A stretch of 50,133 bases of DNA. Origin: a virus (lineage: Duplodnaviria; Caudoviricetes). Made by a program: the position numbers and the translations under genes. How positions within the stretch are numbered: the stretch's first letter is position 1; every line of letters starts with the position of its first letter. The notes beneath the pieces are model-generated. The model made no database searches, was not told where the DNA came from, and saw only the letters and a program-made list of their open reading frames with translations. Where the stretch lies: the IMG/VR virus record IMGVR_UViG_3300038556_000041, positions 1-50,133 of that record, one strand, 5' to 3'. Below are positions 1 to 6,653 of this stretch, piece after piece.

Positions 1-408
1 ATGCGAATCATCCTCGCTGCCTTCCTGTCGGTAGCCATCACGGCTCCGGCGCTCGCGATCGACATCTGCTCCGGCGGCAACCGCGAGGCGCGCAAGGTGA
101 CCTGCCTCGTGGACGGTGACACTGGCTGGCATGGCGGAGTGAAATGGCGCCTGCTCGACATCGACACGCCCGAATATGCCCCGCATGCCGAATGTCCGGC
201 CGAGACCTTCATCGCGGCACAGTCGACCGAGCGCATGCGAGAGTTGATGCGTGGCGGCTACGTCATCGAGGACAGCGGCCGCGCCGATCGCAATGACCGC
301 GCGCTGGTGATCATCCGGCTGCCAGATGGCCGCGATGCCGGCCGGGTGCTCATCGAGGAAGGTCTTGCGGTCGACTGGCCACACGAGCCGGGCGTCTGGT
401 GCCGCTGA
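1..408 (+). CDS. Thermonuclease (SNase-like) family protein with N-terminal signal peptide
   Basis: VDGDT, RLLDIDTPE and DRNDRAL motifs, C-terminal LIEEGLAV; hydrophobic leader ending in ALA. Confidence 0.85.
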   Translation: MRIILAAFLSVAITAPALAIDICSGGNREARKVTCLVDGDTGWHGGVKWRLLDIDTPEYAPHAECPAETFIAAQSTERMRELMRGGYVIEDSGRADRNDRALVIIRLPDGRDAGRVLIEEGLAVDWPHEPGVWCR

Positions 409-441
409 CCGGCTGACGATAGGACAGCAATCCTTTCCGGA

Positions 442-476
442 TTGACTCTGTCGGCTGACCAGAACATTCTGAGAAC
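442..476 (+). promoter_or_regulatory. Sigma70-type promoter (TTGACT-N17-CATTCT) overlapped by alphaproteobacterial LexA box GAAC-ATTCTGA-GAAC (462-476)
   Basis: Exact GAAC-N7-GAAC match overlapping the -10 element, upstream of the ORF at 550. Confidence 0.75.
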
Positions 477-549
477 ATCACTCACCGAGATTGACGCCGC
501 GCCGGCGCACACCGCGCCGCGATCGATCTCCTGTTGCCTGGAGGTTCCT

Positions 550-741
550 ATGCCGCGCCCTGCCCCGCTCGTCGAGCCCGACGACATCGACTGGATGATC
601 ATCGAACACGGCGGCGATGTACGCGCGGCGCTGGAGACGTCGATGGCCGAGGTGGAGCGGCTGCGCGAAGAACTGGCATTCGCCACTCTGGCGATGAGCT
701 ACGGATTCGCGCGCGGCTGGCAGCCGAAGGCCCAGCCGTGA
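550..741 (+). CDS. Small hypothetical protein, probably SOS-regulated
   Basis: GGAGG RBS at 540-544, ATG at 550, downstream of the LexA box. Confidence 0.7.
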   Translation: MPRPAPLVEPDDIDWMIIEHGGDVRAALETSMAEVERLREELAFATLAMSYGFARGWQPKAQP

Positions 742-1112
742 GCCGCAGGCGAGGCGAACTGACGATCAGGCAGGTCAAGGCGGACTGGCCCATCTGTATC
801 GTCGTGCCACAGGATCTCTGGGGGCCGATCGTCCCTTGGATGGATCGTCACACAGCACACCGCGGCGGTTCCGCCTTTGACGAGAACAGCGAGCAGCTCA
901 GCATCCTTTATCTTCGCGACCAGGCGATCGCCGATCGCATCCTCAAGTTCTGCGATGGATGGCCCTTCGACGGCCGGCTCTATGTCGAGGGCACGCACAA
1001 GCACATCATGCGACGACCGTGGCCGCAGACGCTGCATGTCGGGCCGGCAATTTCGAAGTCGCAGCGCCGGCCGTTCTGGCCGCCACCGATTGACGAGCGG
1101 TCTCGCGGATGA
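738..1112 (+). CDS. Hypothetical protein (MSRRRGELT...)
   Basis: GTG start overlaps the previous stop (GTGA), indicating translational coupling. Confidence 0.65.
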   Translation: MSRRRGELTIRQVKADWPICIVVPQDLWGPIVPWMDRHTAHRGGSAFDENSEQLSILYLRDQAIADRILKFCDGWPFDGRLYVEGTHKHIMRRPWPQTLHVGPAISKSQRRPFWPPPIDERSRG

Positions 1113-1125
1113 GCATCGTCGGCCG

Positions 1126-1311
1126 ATGAAAGAGAACCTGCCCCCAGAGCGAGCCCAGCTCGCGCAACACATCCTCGAAGGCCTCCGCCTGGCGCGCGAG
1201 CAGCACGACGAAATGACGGAGTATCTGCTCGAGATGGCGCTGAAAGAGGTCTTGCCGCGTGACCCTCGCGCTGGCGAAATCCTTGAAACGCTGCACGATC
1301 CAGAGGCCTGA
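1126..1311 (+). CDS. Small hypothetical helical protein
   Basis: ATG at 1126, protein-like composition, ends just before a terminator. Confidence 0.5.
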   Translation: MKENLPPERAQLAQHILEGLRLAREQHDEMTEYLLEMALKEVLPRDPRAGEILETLHDPEA

Positions 1312-1315
1312 ACGC

Positions 1316-1355
1316 AAAAAAAAAGGCCCTGCCGCTCCGAAGATACGACGGGGCC
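1316..1355 (-). terminator. Rho-independent terminator of the late/lysis operon
   Basis: Minus strand GGCCCCGTCG...CGGCAGGGCC stem followed by a T9 run. Confidence 0.75.
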
Positions 1356-1376
1356 AGTTTGGGAGGAAGAGAACGG

Positions 1377-1931
1377 CTATGCGTTGCGCAGCGTGACGAA
1401 CTTCGAAATCCGACCTCGGGTCGTTTCCATCAGGTCCGACATCGCCGTGTCGCCGCTGGAGACCGTGTAGCCGATCAGGAACGAGATCACGGCGATGACG
1501 AGCCCGGCGCCGATAAGCACATACCAGCGCGGCCACTTCACGCCCTGCCGCGTCGCGTCCGGCGACAGGAAGAACATGAAGAACCCGACCGCCATCATGG
1601 CGCGGCCGAAGGCGAGCAGCGAGCCGATCCACGATTCGGGCCGGCCGTTATAGGCGTAGATCATGTTGCCGGCGCCGCTCCAGACCGCACCGACCGAGAG
1701 CAGCGCCAGGGCGATGACGGCGAGCTCTCCGGGGCCTAGGGCGTCGCGCCGGATGATCTGGATCGCGTCCGGCACGGCGCGCGCGGCCACCATGACGCCG
1801 CCGACGAATAGGCACGCCGAGACGACGACGGAATACCACAGGTGATCGCTGACGAAGCCGATCGCCCAATAGGCCGCAAACAGGCCGACCGCCCAGGTCA
1901 GCAGTCGGTTGGTGCTGAGTATCACCGGCAT
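1377..1931 (-). CDS. Multi-pass membrane protein at the end of the lysis cassette
   Basis: About 5 hydrophobic segments; abuts the upstream gene. Confidence 0.7.
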   Translation of the reverse strand: MPVILSTNRLLTWAVGLFAAYWAIGFVSDHLWYSVVVSACLFVGGVMVAARAVPDAIQIIRRDALGPGELAVIALALLSVGAVWSGAGNMIYAYNGRPESWIGSLLAFGRAMMAVGFFMFFLSPDATRQGVKWPRWYVLIGAGLVIAVISFLIGYTVSSGDTAMSDLMETTRGRISKFVTLRNA

Positions 1932-1932
1932 C

Positions 1933-2190
1933 TCAGTGTCCTTTGATGATCTCCATGGCCTGCGCCATGGTCGCGACGTAGCGGGCGTTCACCACCGGCA
2001 CGATCTCGCGCAGCTCCTCGCGCGCCCGAGCATTGGCCTGACGGTGTTCCGAGCGCGCCCGAGCATTGGCCTGACGGTGTTCCGAGATCAGCCGTTCCTG
2101 CAGTTCGCGGCGGCGGATATCCTCTTCCGACTGCATGGCATTCTCCTTGGCGTCCCCCAGGAAATGCTTCCACGCACGAAATATGCTCAC
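1933..2190 (-). CDS. Hypothetical protein with an 11-aa internal tandem duplication
   Basis: ATGA-type overlap with the upstream ORF; SEHRQANARAR repeated twice. Confidence 0.65.
   Translation of the reverse strand: MSIFRAWKHFLGDAKENAMQSEEDIRRRELQERLISEHRQANARARSEHRQANARAREELREIVPVVNARYVATMAQAMEIIKGH
2020..2086. repeat. Exact 33-bp tandem duplication (2 copies), in frame
   Basis: gcgcgcccgagcattggcctgacggtgttccga at 2020-2052 and 2053-2085. Confidence 0.95.
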
Positions 2191-2528
2191 GACCGGCCTC
2201 CCATGATCTGGGGAAGGCGGTCTGCGATGACGCGCATCAGCGCTTCGACGGCGCTTCGGTGCGATTCCATCGCCTTCAACTGCTCCTTGACCAGAACGAG
2301 CGTTTCGCCGCCGGTCCTGACTTCGGCGAGGAACGCCGTGCGCGTGACCTCGTGCGCGGCATGGCAGCGGTCGATCTCGTCGTCTTGCTTCTTGATCTGG
2401 CGCGGCCAGTAGACGACCTCGCGCCAGATCAGCAGGATGATGAGAAGGACGGACAGCGCGCCCGTCACGCTGCCGTCATTGATGGTCCTGACGGCCTCGA
2501 CGCCGACATCTTCAAGTCCGCCCAACAC
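2187..2528 (-). CDS. Single-TM coiled-coil protein of the lysis region (holin/spanin-accessory candidate)
   Basis: One TM helix (GALSVLLIILLIW) followed by a coiled-coil-like region; located in the lysis cassette. Confidence 0.6.
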   Translation of the reverse strand: MLGGLEDVGVEAVRTINDGSVTGALSVLLIILLIWREVVYWPRQIKKQDDEIDRCHAAHEVTRTAFLAEVRTGGETLVLVKEQLKAMESHRSAVEALMRVIADRLPQIMGGRS

Positions 2529-2554
2529 GCACTGCTCCTCGTAAGCCGGTCAGA

Positions 2555-2914
2555 TCACTGGCCGATCGGCTTCTTGGCCCGCCAACGGCCATACCAGGCA
2601 ATGAGGCCACCAACGGCCGTCGTGAGGCCGACGATGCCGTTTACGATCTGGGCTTGATCGTCGACGTCGACCGAATAGCCGGCGATTCCGGCGAGACCTC
2701 CGCCCACCGCAATGATGGCGCCCCAGGTGACGCGGCTCTGGTACCAGGGCTCGGTGTTGGTCGCGTGCTGGACGGCCGCCGTGACATTGTCCGTGACGGC
2801 CTTGGCTGCCGGCGCAACGTCGCGCTCCTTGAGCGAGGTCGACGGGCTGGCCGCCACCTCCTTCAGCGCATCGGTGACGAGGTCGGCGACGACCTTCCGG
2901 GTGTTGTCAGCCAT
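2555..2914 (-). CDS. Putative holin
   Basis: EPWYQSRVTWGAIIA motif, two TM helices, basic C-terminus GRWRAKKPIG; near the endolysin. Confidence 0.65.
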   Translation of the reverse strand: MADNTRKVVADLVTDALKEVAASPSTSLKERDVAPAAKAVTDNVTAAVQHATNTEPWYQSRVTWGAIIAVGGGLAGIAGYSVDVDDQAQIVNGIVGLTTAVGGLIAWYGRWRAKKPIGQ

Positions 2915-2917
2915 GGA

Positions 2918-3241
2918 TCAGCCCTCCTTCTCGGCTTCGCGCAGCGCGATTGTGATGGTGGAATAGGCGCCGGCGGCCGCAACGAGGATCGAGGCGGACG
3001 TCGCATTCGACGGATCGACGCAGAGCGGCGCGAGAACGTCGTAGGCGATCCGCTCCTGACGCACCGTGCGTTCGGAGAGGTTGCCGGATGCCGCGACGAT
3101 GGTGAACGCCAGATGGGCCGAAGTGGCGGCCTTGCAGATCGCGGGCAGGTTCTGCTGCACGGCGGTGTCGATGGAGCCGGTCGTGGTCGTGCAGCCGGCG
3201 AGCGCGAGGCTCGACGCGGCCGCCAGAAGCAGCTTGCGCAT
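2918..3241 (-). CDS. Lipoprotein, candidate spanin
   Basis: Lipobox LAGC after MRKLLLAAASSLA; AAAGGA RBS; directly downstream of the endolysin. Confidence 0.7.
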   Translation of the reverse strand: MRKLLLAAASSLALAGCTTTTGSIDTAVQQNLPAICKAATSAHLAFTIVAASGNLSERTVRQERIAYDVLAPLCVDPSNATSASILVAAAGAYSTITIALREAEKEG

Positions 3242-3260
3242 GGTCAGTCCTTTCGTGAGG

Positions 3261-3944
3261 TCACGCCTCGTTGGTGGAGATCGTCGCGTCGATGGTCGAG
3301 TGCGCGAGCGCTTGGCCCGGCTCCGGCCAGGTCGCCGGCATGCGAAGGCCGAGCAGCCGGCTCTTGGCGAGGCGCGCGATTGAGATGCGGTTCGACTGGT
3401 TGCCGCCGAGGACATGCAGGTAGGTCTTGTCATGGCCGGCAACGAACCCGACGTGGCCGCCCGATCCGCGTTCGAAGACGCAGACGGCGCCAAGGACAGG
3501 TTCCGCGACCGCGACGCCGAACTTCAGCCAGTTGCGCGCCCAGTACGGGTTCACGACCATCGGCTCGTCGGGAAGCGTGAGCGCGATCACCGTCTCGACG
3601 AAGTCGCCGCACCACGGCAGCTTGGCCGGATCGCCCAGCGTTGCGCCGTCGCTCTTCAGGTAACGCTTCAGTTCGGCGTTGTTCGACACCTCGTGCAGGC
3701 CGACCTTGCGTAGCGCTTCGGAGTACCAGGGCGGGGCCTCGCGCGTGGGAGCGGGCTTGCCGTCCGCCGTGGCGAGTGCGGCCCGCGTCTTGGGACCGAC
3801 GATGCCGTCGACGACGAGGCCATAGGTCTTCTGGAAAGCCTTGACCGCCGCCATGGTGTTGCGGCCGAAGATGCCGTCGATGGCACCCGGATTGAAGCCA
3901 AGCGCCTTCAGGCGCCGCTGGAGGTCCAGCGTCGATGCAGACAT
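3261..3944 (-). CDS. Endolysin: N-terminal peptidoglycan-binding domain plus NlpC/P60-CHAP (TIGR02594-like) catalytic domain
   Basis: DGIFGRNT/DGIVGPKT PG-binding repeats; PWCGDFV catalytic Cys, GHVGFV His, LGGNQ. Confidence 0.9.
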   Translation of the reverse strand: MSASTLDLQRRLKALGFNPGAIDGIFGRNTMAAVKAFQKTYGLVVDGIVGPKTRAALATADGKPAPTREAPPWYSEALRKVGLHEVSNNAELKRYLKSDGATLGDPAKLPWCGDFVETVIALTLPDEPMVVNPYWARNWLKFGVAVAEPVLGAVCVFERGSGGHVGFVAGHDKTYLHVLGGNQSNRISIARLAKSRLLGLRMPATWPEPGQALAHSTIDATISTNEA

Positions 3945-4169
3945 AGCGATGTCCTTTCCCCCAGCGCGGCCGGGTGATTGAAGGATGATCCGAGTCTTGG
4001 TAGTGAGTGAGCGGGGCCTAGACAGAGCCGGTCGCGTCACGCCGAGACGGTGCTAGCGACCGGCGATGGTCCAAATCTCAGGTGAAGTTCAGCCAGCCAT
4101 CATCTGTTGATGAGACGTTGGTGATATTGTTTATGCTGGCCGCCTCGGATCAAAAAGGGGGCGATAGCG

Positions 4170-4334
4170 ATGCGGCTTCACCAACGCGGTTTGGAACTTG
4201 TGGTCGAGCTTTTGGAGGCGGCCGAGCAGCTTGATCGGATAGGCCCCCTGGAACATCGAGCACTTCTTCAGGAAGCGGCGCGGGTCATTGGCGATTTGCT
4301 AGCCCGCGACGTACCGAACCCGGAACAAGATTAA
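4170..4334 (+). CDS. Small hypothetical protein (54 aa; below the ORF-track cutoff)
   Basis: AAGGGGG RBS, ATG 4170, MRLHQRGLELVVELLEAAEQ...EQD, TAA 4334; followed by a terminator. Confidence 0.55.
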   Translation: MRLHQRGLELVVELLEAAEQLDRIGPLEHRALLQEAARVIGDLLARDVPNPEQD

Positions 4335-4414
4335 CATATGACGTTGCGGCAACTGGGAGATTAGCAGAGGATGAATTTCTGCCCTTCGCCTGGGCAGCCC
4401 TGTAGACCCAATTC

Positions 4415-4438
4415 GCCGCCTGCGGGCGGCCTCTTTTT
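4415..4438 (+). terminator. Rho-independent terminator
   Basis: GCCGCC-tgcg-GGCGGC followed by ctcTTTTT. Confidence 0.6.
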
Positions 4439-5042
4439 GCCGGAACAACGCTCGACCGGCTCGGTTAGCGGGCAATCACCGCCAGCGGTGATGAGCGGCT
4501 TGTATCGGGCCGCGCACCGGACGGCATCATGAGCCCTTCATGCCGTTCGGTGCCATTTAACTTTCCAATTACAGGTAGTGCGCGCATAGTGATCAAGCGG
4601 GCCTGACGGTCTGCAGCGACCGGCGCACAAACCGATGCCCCCCAGCAGAAGCTAGCGCCGGTCGCGCGGAGACTGACCCCGTTAGCAACAGAACATTAAA
4701 GATTTTTCGCTTCACTGTGCCCCGACGTTTCGACCGAACGTCCCCGCAAGGTCGACGCCGAGCCCACTCAATCCCCCCGAGCTCGGCGTCGACCGCTACT
4801 CTCCAATCCGCACTGATAACCGGCAATCTCCTTCAATCACGGCCTTGCCAGGGGCGGCCGGGTGATTGAAGGTTTCGGATTTGCGGTTAGGATTGCTTGA
4901 TCAGAAGGAGTTTAGGGTTGAACAAGCGAGATCGGCCGATCAGCACGCGACAAGGCGTCATTCTGCTGATCGTTATATTGGTGATGTTGACTGTTGCAGT
5001 TGTAGCTATCCAGCAGTGGAGCCCGCTACTTCGCGCACAAAG

Positions 5043-6245
5043 TTAGTGGCCTCGGGTGTCCTCGCGATCAGTCAAGACCGAGGCGCAGAGCCCCCATGCC
5101 AACGCGGGTATCGACCAAAACACGCTCTTTGCTGCAACCGCCAGGATGAGGCTGTAGAACCCCGCGTATAGCGCCATATGCACCTTCGGATTCGCAGATC
5201 CGGACGCTACCCTTTTCAGCGGCAAAACGAACGCCGTCACGATACATGAGCAATAAATCACGAATGGCAGCAAGCCAAACTGGCGCCACGCTGAAAGCGC
5301 GTTGTGGATGTAGTCGCCGAACTCCCCGCGCATTTCGGTCTGGCCTGCATAGTTTCCCGTAATTGGGTTGGCCTTGATGTCGGCCAACCCATGGGAAAAC
5401 ATGAGCAGTCTTTCTCGAATGGAGCCAGAGTTCTGAATATCCAGAATTTCAGCGTATCGCTGGATGGACGTGGCCCCGATAGCTACCGCAACCGCAACAC
5501 TCACCAGCCCCGCCAATGCAAGAACCAAAAGTCCCGAGACAGACAGAACCCGAGTGTTGAACCCGGCGACCAGCAGCCACAGCATGACCACGATCAGAAA
5601 CGCACCTAGCTCAAACCGGGCACCTAGCAGCAGCAAGCAGAATAAGGAAAACACCACAGCAACCGTCTGAAGACGTGCTGAACTATGGAAAGCACCCATC
5701 AAAATCAGGCCGACGCAGGCAACGGAATTTGCAAACCCCGCGTAGTTCGACACTTGGCCCTGAAATCTCCATCGATCTGTTTCGAGCGGCGAAAACGGAT
5801 CCGTCTGGACGAGAAACGGCGTGATCGCCGCCATCATTGCCAAACAGGCCAATAGGACATTGCTCAGCGACCGGCCCACTACAATGAAATTGCCGACCGC
5901 ATACAAGGCCACCCAAGAGGCGCAGAGTTTCAAGGTTTCAATAAACAGCAACGGACGCCGCTGCCACACCTCGCCGAAAAGAAAGTGCCAAAGGGCCACG
6001 CTTGCCGCACAGCCGACAAGCACGAGAACCGGCAAGAGAAAATAATGGAGTCGCTCCCGCGCCGCCGCGAGCAATAGAATTGGACCGAGCACAACCGCCG
6101 CAGCTACGTTCGCCCAAGACCACCAACCGCCGAGAACGAGCGGCACGGTCAGTACCTCATAGGCCGCTAGCGTGTGATAGGCGAAGAACATTGGAAACAC
6201 GATCAGGAAGAATGCCTGCGCACCGCGCGTTCTGATGTTCCGCAT
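5043..6245 (-). CDS. O-antigen ligase/polymerase (Wzy_C/WaaL-like) integral membrane protein; moron
   Basis: About 11-12 TM helices; LGAR motif; periplasmic loop SGSIRERL...NPITG...YIHN...FGL typical of Wzy_C; visibly lower GC than the flanks. Confidence 0.7.
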   Translation of the reverse strand: MRNIRTRGAQAFFLIVFPMFFAYHTLAAYEVLTVPLVLGGWWSWANVAAAVVLGPILLLAAARERLHYFLLPVLVLVGCAASVALWHFLFGEVWQRRPLLFIETLKLCASWVALYAVGNFIVVGRSLSNVLLACLAMMAAITPFLVQTDPFSPLETDRWRFQGQVSNYAGFANSVACVGLILMGAFHSSARLQTVAVVFSLFCLLLLGARFELGAFLIVVMLWLLVAGFNTRVLSVSGLLVLALAGLVSVAVAVAIGATSIQRYAEILDIQNSGSIRERLLMFSHGLADIKANPITGNYAGQTEMRGEFGDYIHNALSAWRQFGLLPFVIYCSCIVTAFVLPLKRVASGSANPKVHMALYAGFYSLILAVAAKSVFWSIPALAWGLCASVLTDREDTRGH

Positions 6246-6413
6246 GAAGGCCTCGCCGCTACAGCACAACCATACCGGGATACACGCAATGCGCGCAAGT
6301 TTTGGTTTGCAATGTCAACAACGCGGATGTCAAGGCAAGCGCTTGCATCTACCGCATTAGCGCAGATATTGTAATTCTAGATCAGAAAAATATTCATAGA
6401 CAAGGCTTTGGTT

Positions 6414-6650
6414 ATGCTGCTGTTGATAAAATTAGCCCTTACCATCCCGGCGATTTTCATCGGACTTTGCACTGGTGGGTATCTCTACAACTTGGCTACC
6501 GCCGCACCGCGGCAGGGCGTATCTGCAGGCGATCAAGCGCGCCTGGTCCGGGACGCGCAACGATACACCACTGATTATGACCTCGCCGAGGGCGTCACCA
6601 TGATCGCCGCCGCCATCTGCTGCGCTTCCCTGATTTGGCTATTGCTCTAA
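6414..6650 (+). CDS. Small two-TM membrane protein
   Basis: Hydrophobic N- and C-termini; divergent from the ligase gene across an AT-rich spacer. Start could be 6408. Confidence 0.5.
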   Translation: MLLLIKLALTIPAIFIGLCTGGYLYNLATAAPRQGVSAGDQARLVRDAQRYTTDYDLAEGVTMIAAAICCASLIWLLL

Positions 6651-6653
6651 GCA

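Noticed and set aside
2020-2086. 33-bp repeat as a CRISPR array
   Set aside because: Adjacent copies without a spacer, inside a CDS, and no cas genes.
4475-4492. ATCACCGCCAGCGGTGAT resembles a lambda operator
   Set aside because: Single copy that does not match this phage's GTCACC-N5-GGTGAC consensus; better explained as an RNA hairpin or chance.
4593-4826. 77-aa minus-strand ORF as an intact gene
   Set aside because: Has an RBS but the sequence beyond the first residues looks non-coding; treated only as a possible relic.
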